64,000 bases of DNA from Solirubrobacterales bacterium (GTDB taxonomy: Bacteria; Actinomycetota; Thermoleophilia; Solirubrobacterales; 70-9). This document shows, in pieces, positions 45,774 through 54,694 of the stretch. The position numbers and the translations under genes are program-made. The notes below the pieces were generated by a model that was not told the origin of the DNA, did no database searches, and saw only the letters and a program-made list of their open reading frames with translations. Each line of letters opens with the position of its first letter. The stretch's first letter is position 1. Location: contig JAMLGI010000011.1 of the NCBI GenBank assembly GCA_023958085.1, positions 2,904 through 66,903 on the forward strand, read 5' to 3'.

Positions 45774-46502
45774 ATGCTTGAGTACTGGCGCTCCAGCATC
45801 GGCAAGAAGCAGATCGTGGCGATCACCGGCGCGATTCTGGTCACCTACCTGCTGCTGCACATGCTCGGCAACCTCGGGGCGATCTTCGGTCCCGGATCCG
45901 CCGGGCACGAGGCCCGGATCGACTGGTACGCGGCCTGGCTCAGGGACATGGGGGAGCCGCTCTTTCCCTGGTCCTTCCTGCTCTGGGTGGTTCGCATCGG
46001 TCTCTTCATCGCCCTGGTGATCCACGTCACCGGCATCGTGCAGCTGACCAGACGCAACCGGGCCGCCCGTCCGGCCGGACACCCTGCGGCCCGGATCGGA
46101 CGTTCCTGGGAGGCCGGGTTCATGCTGGTCAGCGGGCTGGTCATCCTCGCCTTCCTGATCTTCCACATCCTCCAGTTCACGACCCTGACGATCGACGTGA
46201 CCCCGCTGGAGGAAGGAGCGGTCTACGCCAACGCCTATTTCGCCTTCCAGAAGTGGTACTTCGTCGCGATCTACATCACCGCGGTACTGATCGTCGGCAT
46301 TCATCTCCGCCACGGCATCTGGTCGCTGCTCCAGACCCTCGGTCTCGACAATCCGGGCCGTAATCCCCGCAACCGGGCGACCGGACTGGCGCTCTCGCTG
46401 ATCATCGTGGTCGGCTTCGTGCTGATCCCGACCCTGTTCGCCACCGGTGCGCTGCCCGCCCCCCATTCCCCTGCCGGCCTGATCCCGGGAGGTGCCGGAT
46501 GA
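45774..46502 (+). CDS. sdhC: Succinate dehydrogenase/fumarate reductase cytochrome b subunit (single large anchor type)
   Basis: Five hydrophobic helices carrying conserved His residues, immediately upstream of sdhA with a 4-nt overlap. Confidence 0.8.
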   Translation: MLEYWRSSIGKKQIVAITGAILVTYLLLHMLGNLGAIFGPGSAGHEARIDWYAAWLRDMGEPLFPWSFLLWVVRIGLFIALVIHVTGIVQLTRRNRAARPAGHPAARIGRSWEAGFMLVSGLVILAFLIFHILQFTTLTIDVTPLEEGAVYANAYFAFQKWYFVAIYITAVLIVGIHLRHGIWSLLQTLGLDNPGRNPRNRATGLALSLIIVVGFVLIPTLFATGALPAPHSPAGLIPGGAG

Positions 46503-48415
46503 CCCCGCTCGACCCAAAGATCCCCGAAGGCCCGATCGAGGACAAGTGGCAGACGTGGCTCGACGGCCACAAGATGATCGGGCCGAACAACCGCCCGTCC
46601 CGCAAGGTGATCGTGATCGGCACCGGCCTCGCCGGGGCCTCGGCCGCCGCCTCGATCGCCGGTCTCGGCTACCAGGTCAAGAGCTTCTGCTTCCAGGACA
46701 GTCCCCGCCGGGCCCACTCGATCGCCGCCCAGGGCGGGATCAACGCGGCCAAGGACTACAAGAACGAGGGCGACACGGTCCGTCGTCTCTTCGTCGACAC
46801 GGTCAAGGGCGGCGACTTCCGCTCCCGCGAGGCGAACACCTGGCGGCTGGCCCAGATCTCGGAGAACATCATCGACCAGGCGGTCGCCCAGGGGGTGCCG
46901 TTCAACCGTGAGTACGGCGGTCATCTCGCCACCCGCTCCTTCGGCGGGGTGCTGGTCCAGCGGACCTTCTACTCGCGCGGTCAGACCGGACAGCAGCTGC
47001 TGCTCGGTGCCTATCAGGCCCTGGAGCAGCAGGTCGCCGCCGGCAGGGCCACCGTCTACAACCGGCACGAGATGCTGGACATCGTCGAGGTGGACGGTCA
47101 CGCCCGCGGGGTGATCGTCCGCAACCTGGTCACCGGCGAGATCGAACGTCACGCCGCCGACGCGGTGATCCTCGCCTCCGGCGGGTACGTGAACGTGTTC
47201 TACCTCTCGACCAACGCGATGGGCTCGAACGTCACCGCCACCTGGCGGGCCCACAAACACGGCGCCCTGTTCGCCAACCCCTGTTACACCCAGATCCACC
47301 CGACCTGCATCCCGCAGACCGGCGACTACCAGTCGAAGCTCACCCTGATGAGCGAGTCGCTCAGAAACGACGGCCGGGTCTGGGTGCCGAGGAAGGCCGG
47401 CGATGAACGCCCGCCCGCCGACATCCCCCATGCCGAGCGGTACTACTTCCTCGAGGAGCGCTACCCGGCCTACGGCAACCTCGTTCCCCGCGACGTCGCC
47501 TCCCGGGCTGCGAAAACGGTCTGCGATGACGGCCTCGGGGTCGGTGGCACCGGCCGCGGCGTCTTTCTCGATTTCCACGATGCGATCGAGCGCCAGGGCC
47601 ACGATGCGATCGAGGGTCGTTACGGCAACCTGTTCGAGATGTACCACCGGATCACCGGCGACAACCCGTACGAGACTCCGATGATGATCTACCCGGCGCC
47701 GCACTACGCGATGGGCGGACTCTGGGTGGACTACGAACTGCAGACCACGATCCCCGGCCTGTTCGCGATCGGGGAAGCGAACTTCTCCGATCACGGGGCC
47801 AACCGGCTCGGGGCGAGCGCGATGATGCAGTGCCTCGCCGACGGCTACTTCATCATTCCCCGCACGGTCACCAACTACATGGCCCACCGCGGTCAGGACG
47901 AGCTCTCCACCGCCGACTCCGCCTTCGATCGGGCCCAGGACCGGGTCGAGAGCCACATCTCCTCGCTGATGGACGTCGGTGGCTCGACCGCCGCCCAGGT
48001 CTTCCACCGGGAGATGGGTCACGTGATGCTGGACAAGTGCGGCATGGCCAGAAACGCGGAGGGTCTGACCGAGGCGCTGGCCGAGGTCAAGCGGATCAAG
48101 GGCGAGTTCTGGTCCGATCTGCGGGTCGATCCGGGCGACAAAGAGTTCAACCAGAGCCTCGAGTATGCCAACCGGGTTTCCGACTTCCTCGAACTGGCCG
48201 AACTGATGTGCCACGACGCGCTCCGGCGCGACGAGTCCTGCGGCTGCCACTTCCGTGAGGAGCATGAAACCGAGGACGGGGAGGCGCTGCGGAATGACGA
48301 GGATTTCGCCGTCGCGACCGCCTGGCAGTACGGTGAGGACGGGTCCGATCCGATCCCGCATGATGAGCAACTGACCTTCGAGAACATCAAGCTGGCGACA
48401 AGGAGCTACAAGTGA
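46499..48415 (+). CDS. sdhA: Succinate dehydrogenase/fumarate reductase flavoprotein subunit
   Basis: [13 protein letters not shown] motif, [11 protein letters not shown] (covalent-FAD His region) and HYAMGG. Confidence 0.93.
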   Translation: MTPLDPKIPEGPIEDKWQTWLDGHKMIGPNNRPSRKVIVIGTGLAGASAAASIAGLGYQVKSFCFQDSPRRAHSIAAQGGINAAKDYKNEGDTVRRLFVDTVKGGDFRSREANTWRLAQISENIIDQAVAQGVPFNREYGGHLATRSFGGVLVQRTFYSRGQTGQQLLLGAYQALEQQVAAGRATVYNRHEMLDIVEVDGHARGVIVRNLVTGEIERHAADAVILASGGYVNVFYLSTNAMGSNVTATWRAHKHGALFANPCYTQIHPTCIPQTGDYQSKLTLMSESLRNDGRVWVPRKAGDERPPADIPHAERYYFLEERYPAYGNLVPRDVASRAAKTVCDDGLGVGGTGRGVFLDFHDAIERQGHDAIEGRYGNLFEMYHRITGDNPYETPMMIYPAPHYAMGGLWVDYELQTTIPGLFAIGEANFSDHGANRLGASAMMQCLADGYFIIPRTVTNYMAHRGQDELSTADSAFDRAQDRVESHISSLMDVGGSTAAQVFHREMGHVMLDKCGMARNAEGLTEALAEVKRIKGEFWSDLRVDPGDKEFNQSLEYANRVSDFLELAELMCHDALRRDESCGCHFREEHETEDGEALRNDEDFAVATAWQYGEDGSDPIPHDEQLTFENIKLATRSYK

Positions 48416-49185
48416 AGTTCACGCTCGAGATCTGGCGGCAGTTCGACGGTGAGGACGAGGGCCACTACGAGACCTTCAAGGTCGCGGACGTCGATCCGGA
48501 CGCCTCCCTGCTGGAGCTGCTCGACACCCTGAACGAACGCCTCAGCACCGAGAAGAAGCGCACCATCGCCTTTGACTCGGACTGCCGCGAGGGCATCTGC
48601 GGCACCTGTTCGCTGGTCATCAACGGCACCCCGCACGGCCCGCACCGGGTGACCTCCTGCCAGGTCTACATGCGGGACTTCCGTGACGGTCAGACGATCC
48701 AGATCGAGCCGTGGCGGGCCAGCACCTTCCCGGTGATCCGGGATCTCGCGGTTGACCGCGGAGCGCTCGACCGGGTGATCCAGGCCGGTGGCTACATCCC
48801 CACCCAGACCGCCCCCCAGCCCGATCCCAACGCCAGCCCGATCGCCCCGGAGCTGCAGGCGCAGGTGATGGACGCCGCGATCTGCATCGGCTGCGGTGCC
48901 TGCGTGGCGGCCTGCCCGAACGGTGCGGCGATGCTGTTCACCGGGGCCAAGGTCACCCACCTCAACCTGCTGCCCCAGGGCCAGCCGGAACGGGAGGACC
49001 GGGTGATCGGCATGGTCGAGCAGATGGACCAGGAAGGCTTCGGCGGCTGCACCAACTACGGCGAGTGCGCCCGGGTCTGCCCGCAGGAGATCACGATCGA
49101 CGTGATCGGCAACCTGAACCGGGAGTACCGCCAGGCCAAGAGCCACAGGAAGCCGAAGCACCCAAAGGAAATGACCACCCTCTAA
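48412..49185 (+). CDS. sdhB: Succinate dehydrogenase/fumarate reductase iron-sulfur subunit
   Basis: Cys clusters [20 protein letters not shown] and [12 protein letters not shown]. Confidence 0.9.
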   Translation: MKFTLEIWRQFDGEDEGHYETFKVADVDPDASLLELLDTLNERLSTEKKRTIAFDSDCREGICGTCSLVINGTPHGPHRVTSCQVYMRDFRDGQTIQIEPWRASTFPVIRDLAVDRGALDRVIQAGGYIPTQTAPQPDPNASPIAPELQAQVMDAAICIGCGACVAACPNGAAMLFTGAKVTHLNLLPQGQPEREDRVIGMVEQMDQEGFGGCTNYGECARVCPQEITIDVIGNLNREYRQAKSHRKPKHPKEMTTL

Positions 49186-49277
49186 CGAGTATCGGGAAAC
49201 AGGCGAGGCTCTGGCCTCCGCTCGCCAGAGCCCCGGTGGGGGGAGAGTTTCGGCACCCCCACCCTTGAGGAGTCGAG

Positions 49278-49598
49278 ATGGTGGACGCGACCGACCGGGA
49301 AATCAACGCATACCGGAATGGTATGCTCGGCGGGATGCCTCAGGTTGCTATCCGCATATCGAAGGAGGAGATGGACCTTCTGGATCGGCTCGTAGCCGAG
49401 GGTCGATTCGGGTCGAGGGCTGAAGCCGTACGTGAGGGTCTGGCGGTCCTGGCCCGGGAGATCGAAAACCGGAGCATCGCCGACTCTTACAGGGATGCCT
49501 ACGAGCGGCGGCCGCCCGATGACTGGTTCGCCGAAGCGTCCGGAGAGTTGCTCGACGAGCGGCTTTCCCGGAGTAGCGATCAGCAGGATGAGCCTTGA
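49278..49598 (+). CDS. Ribbon-helix-helix (CopG/MazE-type) antitoxin
   Basis: ...VAIRISKEEMDLLDRLVAEGRFGSRAEAVREGL... RHH pattern. GAGGAG RBS upstream. An internal ATG start is possible. Confidence 0.7.
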   Translation: MVDATDREINAYRNGMLGGMPQVAIRISKEEMDLLDRLVAEGRFGSRAEAVREGLAVLAREIENRSIADSYRDAYERRPPDDWFAEASGELLDERLSRSSDQQDEP

Positions 49599-49912
49599 TT
49601 CACCGTGGAGGCATCTACGACGTCGAGTTCCCTCGTGCCGGGCCGCACCCGGGAGTAGTGGTAACCCGCGAAGATGCAATCCCGGTTCTGGCGTCGGTGA
49701 CGATTGCGCTCGTGACTTCGACGAACCGGGGTCACCCCGCCGAAGTGTCACTTGACGAAAGCGGCCTCGATCTCCGCCCCGGGTCGGTTGTCAACTGCGA
49801 CGACCTGGCGACCTTGCCGAAACGCCTGCTCGGGCGAACTCGTGGCTATCTCGGCCCGGAGAAGCTCCGCGAACTCGACCGGGCACTCACCGTCGCCCTC
49901 GGCCTCGATTGA
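49595..49912 (+). CDS. mazF: MazF/PemK-family endoribonuclease toxin
   Basis: RGGIYDVEF....HPGVVVT....IPVLASVTIALVTS......EV.......L...SVVNCDDLATLPK. The TTG start overlaps the antitoxin stop. Confidence 0.8.
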   Translation: MIHRGGIYDVEFPRAGPHPGVVVTREDAIPVLASVTIALVTSTNRGHPAEVSLDESGLDLRPGSVVNCDDLATLPKRLLGRTRGYLGPEKLRELDRALTVALGLD

Positions 49913-50129
49913 ACCGAATGGAGTGATGCTCAAGCCGGATCCGGGCGAGATGGCAGCTATGGAGCCGTTCTGGATCGCGCTGGTCCGATGAAGGGTTGCG
50001 CGATGCGCGAGACCACAAGCCCTCAAGGCCGACGGTCAGCTACTGCCGGGAGGCGCTTTCGAGTCTCTGGATCCTCGACCCGGCGATGTCGGCGGACGGG
50101 CGCTTCGCGGTTTCCGGACCGGATTCGAT

Positions 50130-50609
50130 TCAGCTGTCGGTGAGGGCGGCGATGTCTTCGCGGTCGATTCGACGGCCCCGGGCGGCCTTCATCCGGATCA
50201 GGTCTTCCAGTCCGACCACCGGGACGGTGATCTCGCCAAGCTGTACCTCCAGCACGGAATCACGCAGCTCACTGAAGCTGCGCCCGCCGGGGACCACGTG
50301 CATGACGTCGATGCCGCCAGCCCGGGTTTCGAACTGCCAGATGGTTGCTCGCGGCAACATCGAAGCCGTGATCGGCTCATCCTCGTGACCGGGGTTCAGC
50401 ACTCTTGCCCCCAGACCGTTCAGGGCATCCGCGAGCCGTTCGAGGTTTGTGGGGTCGGGGTCGGGAATCAAATCGGCATCGTTGGTCATCCGGACGTGAC
50501 CGTGGGCCTGCACCGCGATCCCCCCGATCAGGACGTAGTCCACCCCGTGCGTCGCGAGTCCCCGGAAGATCTCGGAGGCATCGAGAATCGGGAGTGGACC
50601 GCCCGTCAT
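50130..50609 (-). CDS. Small nucleotidyltransferase-fold protein (minimal NTase, AbiEii/MNT-like)
   Basis: YVLIGGIAVQAHGHVRMTNDADL resembles the G[GS]-x9-13-[DE]x[DE] NTase signature. 159 aa, with an ATGA overlap onto the upstream XRE gene. Confidence 0.55.
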   Translation of the reverse strand: MTGGPLPILDASEIFRGLATHGVDYVLIGGIAVQAHGHVRMTNDADLIPDPDPTNLERLADALNGLGARVLNPGHEDEPITASMLPRATIWQFETRAGGIDVMHVVPGGRSFSELRDSVLEVQLGEITVPVVGLEDLIRMKAARGRRIDREDIAALTDS

Positions 50610-50938
50610 TCGGGCTGCTTCGCCTTCCGGCCTGCCGCCGCGAACTCGCCGGCCATCCGGTTCCAGGAGACCGCGCGGCCAAGTCGTTCCTCGGGCGAAA
50701 GCGCTGCCATGGCCTTTCGGTGGAGCGGATCGTAGTCCCTTCTGGCCGGACGGGCCCGCAGTTCCAGTTCCTCCCCCATCACCAGGAACAGCCGTTCAAG
50801 GGTCTCGACCGACGGCGAAACCTCACCCTTTTCCAGGCGGCTGATCGCCGATTGGCGGGTCCCTGCCCGAAAGGCAAGCTGAGCCTGACTCAAGCCATTT
50901 CGCCGCCTGGTAGCCCTGATCAGTTCACCGGCATCCAC
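50606..50938 (-). CDS. XRE-family helix-turn-helix protein
   Basis: IRATRRRNGLSQAQLAFRAGTRQSAISRLEKGEVSPSVETLERL is a classic HTH_3 pattern. GTG start. Confidence 0.8.
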   Translation of the reverse strand: MDAGELIRATRRRNGLSQAQLAFRAGTRQSAISRLEKGEVSPSVETLERLFLVMGEELELRARPARRDYDPLHRKAMAALSPEERLGRAVSWNRMAGEFAAAGRKAKQPE

Positions 50939-50944
50939 ATCTCG

Positions 50945-50950
50945 ATTATA
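50945..50950 (-). promoter_or_regulatory. Perfect TATAAT (minus strand) 6 nt upstream of the XRE GTG start; leaderless-type promoter
   Basis: Forward ATTATA at 50945-50950. The minus strand reads TATAAT-cgagat-GTG. Confidence 0.45.
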
Positions 50951-51156
50951 TCGGATCCGTGATGGCTGGCTTGATCCCCGGATGTCTTAGCCTGGATCCA
51001 CCGAAATCCGTGGATGCCGGGGTGTTCACGGCCAAGCCAGACGGAAATCGGTGTGCAGCTCGGGGTGAACCCCTCGCAAGCACCGATTTTCGTGTGGCGC
51101 CGTGCCGTGGGCGCCCCGGCGCCGCGCAGATCGGTGGATACAGGCTTAGGGCCGGA

Positions 51157-51927
51157 CTAGTTCGCGATTCTGGCCAGACCCTCTGAATCGAGGATGCGGA
51201 TCCAGCGGCGGCCGGGTTCGACCAGGCCCTGCTTTTTCCAGATCGACAGGGTTCGGCTGACCGTCTCCGGTGCGGAGCCGACCATGCCGGCAAGATCCTC
51301 GCGGGTTAGCGGAACCTGAAGCAGGATCCCGGTGCCGTCGGCTTCGCCGACCTGCCTCACCAGAAGCTCGAGGGCTGCTGCCAGCCGCTGCTCAACCCGG
51401 TCGGTCGAAAGCCGGTGAATCGCCTCCTGGGCGGCGGCCAACCGACCGGATACCGCCTCCAGGGTGGCCACCGCCACCTCTGGATGATCCTTGAGAATCA
51501 GGTCTATCGAGCGGGCCTCGAACAGCAGCAGGCAGGTGGGGGTCAGTGCCCATCCGCTTTCGGCGTACCGGGACTGACCGAGGGCGGGCAGCGCACCGAG
51601 GAAGTCCCCGGGAGCGAGCACATCGGTCAAAACCTCCTTGCCCTCGGTGCTCACCCGGGTCAGCTTCGCCACCCCGATTGCGACGATGAACAGCCGTTCG
51701 GCCCGGTCACCGGCGTGGTAGATCGGTTCTCCCTCAGCGAAGTTGACCGCCCGGCAGAGTCCGTTCACCTCATCCAAAGCGGTCGGGCCGAGCCCGGCGA
51801 ACATCGGGGAGTCCCCCAACACCCGAACCCGCACGTCTGCCGAGCAGGCATGCGGATTCGGGTCCGGAACTCGGAGCGGGCTGGGACCGCCACCGCCGGA
51901 AGGTGACGCTACGGGGCCATCGGACAC
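51157..51927 (-). CDS. Crp/Fnr-family transcriptional regulator with a ~40-aa N-terminal extension
   Basis: cNMP-binding beta-barrel region and a C-terminal HTH (REDLAGMVGSAPETVSRTLS). Confidence 0.8.
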   Translation of the reverse strand: MSDGPVASPSGGGGPSPLRVPDPNPHACSADVRVRVLGDSPMFAGLGPTALDEVNGLCRAVNFAEGEPIYHAGDRAERLFIVAIGVAKLTRVSTEGKEVLTDVLAPGDFLGALPALGQSRYAESGWALTPTCLLLFEARSIDLILKDHPEVAVATLEAVSGRLAAAQEAIHRLSTDRVEQRLAAALELLVRQVGEADGTGILLQVPLTREDLAGMVGSAPETVSRTLSIWKKQGLVEPGRRWIRILDSEGLARIAN

Positions 51928-51937
51928 ATGGCCGAGT

Positions 51938-53896
51938 CTAGCCCTGAAGCACCGGCTTCAGTGAGATTCCGGTTTCGTCCGAAGAGTTCGTCTCGTCAAC
52001 CGTCACTTTCGCCCGGAGCAGCCGCATCGCGTTGAGGATCACCACGACCACGCTGATCTGGTGGACGAACATTCCACCCGCCATCTGGACCTCACCGACC
52101 ATCACCCCGGCCAGCAGGGTGACCACGGTGGCGAGGGCGACGCCGACGTTCTGACGCAGGTTCCGGACGGTCAGTCTGGACAGCTTGATCGCCTCCACGA
52201 TCTTCGGCAGGTGATCCGAGACCAGGGCGATGTCGGCCGTTTCGATCGCGACGTCGGTGCCGCCCAGACCCATCGCAACGCCGACATCGGAGGCGACCAG
52301 GGCGGGGGCGTCGTTGACCCCGTCACCGACCATGGCGACCACCTGGCCGTCGGCCTGCATCGAGCGGATCAACTCCAGCTTCTGGTCCGGCAGGAGCCCG
52401 GCGTGGACCTCGGTGATCCCGACCCGGTCGCCGACCGCCCGGGCAACTCTTTCCGAGTCGCCGGTCAGCATCACGATCCGTTTGACCCCGGCCTTCCGCA
52501 TCGCGGCTATCGCCGGGGCGGCATCGGGACGGATCTCGTCCGCCACCGCGAGCACGCCGACAACCTTCTCGCCCCGGGCAACCAGCATCGCGGTCCGACC
52601 GATCGCGGTCATCCGTTCGATCCGGTCGGCTGCCGTCTCCGGCACCTCGATCCCGGACTCGTCCATCAGCCGCAGGGTTCCGACCATCACCCGGTCACCG
52701 TCGACCGAGGCTTCGACGCCACGCCCGACATGGACCTCGAACTCCTCCGGCGCGGCCGGGACCTCCAGGCCACGCTTGTCGGCGGCGGTGAGGATCGCGG
52801 TCCCCAGCGGATGTTCGGAGCCGGCTTCCGCTGCAGCCGCCCAACCGAGAATGTCGTTTTCCGTACTGGCCGGATCGATCACCGCGATCTCCTCCAGCAC
52901 CGGGCGGCCCCGGGTCAGGGTTCCGGTCTTGTCGAGTGCGATCGCATCGACCTTGCCGGCAGCCTCCAGGTGCTCACCACCCTTGATCAGGACGCCACGC
53001 CGGGCGGCCCGGCCGATCCCGGCCACGATCGAGACCGGCATCGAGATCACCAGGGCGCCGGGGCAAGCGATAACCAGCAGGGTCAGGGCCATCTCGATCC
53101 CGCCACCCAGGGCGTAGACCGCGGCCGCGAGGACCACAACCGAAGGGGTGTACCAACTGGCGAAACGCTCCATCATCCGTTGGGCGGGGGCCTTCATCTC
53201 CTGGGCCTCCTCGACCCGCTGGACGATCCGGCCGAGCGTGGTTTCACTGCCGATCCCGGTTGCCCGCACGGTCACGGTTCCCTCGGTCAGCACGGTTCCG
53301 GCGAAGACGCCGTCGTCGAGACCGACCGACCGCGGCATGGACTCACCGGTGATGCCACTCTCATCGATCGCGGCGATCCCGTCGGTGATCACGCCATCAA
53401 CACTGATCTTGCCGCCGGGCTTGACCAGGACCGACTCACCGGGTTCCACCTCGGTCGGCCCGACCTCGACCTGCTGTCCGTCCCGGATCACGGTCGCCGT
53501 ATCCGGCACCAGGGCCAGCATCTCGGTCAACGCACCGCGGGTGCGGGAGAGGGTCATCGCTTCCAGCATCGCCCCGAAGGTGAAGAGGAAGGTGACGGCG
53601 GCGGCCTCCCAGTACTCGCCGATCACGATTGCGCCGAGGACGGCGATCGTGACCAGAAGTTCAATCCCGATCTGGCGGTATCCGAGTGCGGTCAGGGCTC
53701 GGACCGCGATGCCGGTTCCGGCGACCGCGGTGGCGGCCAGCATCAAAGCGGACCAGGTGGTCTCGTTTCCGGACTTGCCGATTGAGAGAGCGACCGCGAA
53801 CAGGATCGCGGCCACCCCGGTGAGGGCGGCCCGGCGGACAGCTGGCTGACGCCACCTGTCTCTCAGGCCACCCCATCCTGTCTGGATGACGTCCAT
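51938..53896 (-). CDS. P1B-type heavy-metal-translocating ATPase without an N-terminal metal-binding domain; TM4 motif is CPG
   Basis: TGES, ACPGAL (codons tgc-ccc-ggc, complement of 53057-53065), DKTGTLT, HP, MLTGD and GDGVNDAP motifs. The TM6 region reads HQISVVVVILNAMRLL. Confidence 0.9.
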   Translation of the reverse strand: MDVIQTGWGGLRDRWRQPAVRRAALTGVAAILFAVALSIGKSGNETTWSALMLAATAVAGTGIAVRALTALGYRQIGIELLVTIAVLGAIVIGEYWEAAAVTFLFTFGAMLEAMTLSRTRGALTEMLALVPDTATVIRDGQQVEVGPTEVEPGESVLVKPGGKISVDGVITDGIAAIDESGITGESMPRSVGLDDGVFAGTVLTEGTVTVRATGIGSETTLGRIVQRVEEAQEMKAPAQRMMERFASWYTPSVVVLAAAVYALGGGIEMALTLLVIACPGALVISMPVSIVAGIGRAARRGVLIKGGEHLEAAGKVDAIALDKTGTLTRGRPVLEEIAVIDPASTENDILGWAAAAEAGSEHPLGTAILTAADKRGLEVPAAPEEFEVHVGRGVEASVDGDRVMVGTLRLMDESGIEVPETAADRIERMTAIGRTAMLVARGEKVVGVLAVADEIRPDAAPAIAAMRKAGVKRIVMLTGDSERVARAVGDRVGITEVHAGLLPDQKLELIRSMQADGQVVAMVGDGVNDAPALVASDVGVAMGLGGTDVAIETADIALVSDHLPKIVEAIKLSRLTVRNLRQNVGVALATVVTLLAGVMVGEVQMAGGMFVHQISVVVVILNAMRLLRAKVTVDETNSSDETGISLKPVLQG

Positions 53897-54129
53897 CAGA
53901 AGGCCCTCGCTTCCGCCTTGTAGCCCGCTTCCTTCACGGCCCCGACCAGATCCTCGACGCTGGTTTTGGTCCGGTCGTGACCGACCTCGATCCGGCCGGT
54001 TGCGAAGTGAACCTTCGCCTCCTCGACCCCGTCCAGGCGATTCAGCTTGTTCTCGATCTTGGCGACGCAGGAAGGGCAGGTGAACTCATCGCTGCGAAGG
54101 ACGGTTCTCTTTACGGTTTCTTGACTCAT
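53896..54129 (-). CDS. Heavy-metal-associated (CopZ-like) single-domain metallochaperone
   Basis: FTCPSCVAKIENKL (CxxC) in a beta-alpha-beta-beta-alpha-beta sized protein. ATG 54129 has a GGAGG RBS. Its stop shares 1 nt with the ATPase start. Confidence 0.8.
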   Translation of the reverse strand: MSQETVKRTVLRSDEFTCPSCVAKIENKLNRLDGVEEAKVHFATGRIEVGHDRTKTSVEDLVGAVKEAGYKAEARAF

Positions 54130-54264
54130 TTCGACCTCCCGGCCGGTTCGTTTTCCGCCCCTGATCCGGGGCACACTCGAACCGTAGGTCGCCCCGGTCG
54201 GGCGAACCATGATCTGCATCAGGGAGCGGGTCCGGGCGGATTCCGTTCCGGCCGCGATCAGGCC

Positions 54265-54633
54265 TCAGTCGTCGTCATCCTTGTGATGCTCATCGTCACT
54301 GTGATGGTCATTCTCGGGATGGTCATCATCCTTGTGGTGTTCGTCGTCACCGTGTTGATCGGATGGGCCGTTGGAGCCGGGGAGCTTGGACGCCTGATCC
54401 GGGCGGGGGTTGGTTGCGGCCGGTTTCGGGGCAACCGTACGGCCCGGGGCGCCGACGGCCGGTTCAAGGGCACTGCCGGCGGAAACCGGTTCGCCCGCAA
54501 GCCCCACCGGCTGGCGAATCAGATTTGCCGCCGCCAGGGCGATGGCCACGGCGAGGACTATCCCGACGAGGCCGAGCAGAATCCAGCGCAGGGCGCTCCA
54601 GTCGCCTGACCCGGGTTCTTCCGGTTCGCTCAT
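54265..54633 (-). CDS. Membrane-anchored protein with a His/Asp-rich C-terminal tail
   Basis: TM helix WILLGLVGIVLAVAIALAAANLI, a Pro/Ala/Gly linker, then the tail DQHGDDEHHKDDDHPENDHHSDDEHHKDDDD (8 His, 13 Asp). ATG 54633 is preferred because ORF start 54750 overlaps the HK 3' end. Confidence 0.6.
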   Translation of the reverse strand: MSEPEEPGSGDWSALRWILLGLVGIVLAVAIALAAANLIRQPVGLAGEPVSAGSALEPAVGAPGRTVAPKPAATNPRPDQASKLPGSNGPSDQHGDDEHHKDDDHPENDHHSDDEHHKDDDD

Positions 54634-54694
54634 CGGTCCAAGGGTAGGGACCGGTTGGTTATGAGCAGGCAAAGTTCCGCGATCCGGCCGGATC

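Noticed and set aside
46301-48370. Very long antisense ORFs: 46301..48370(-) 689 aa, 43780..45531(+) 583 aa, 52061..53785(+) 574 aa, 14317..15963(+) 548 aa, 27455..28960(-) 501 aa, 31220..32653(+) 477 aa, 10584..11840(-) 418 aa and others
   Set aside because: Each lies opposite a gene with unmistakable family motifs (sdhA, metXY, P-type ATPase, kinase and so on). Their translations are Arg/Gly/Pro/His/Asp-rich with no motifs. Stop-codon-poor antisense frames are expected at this GC content.
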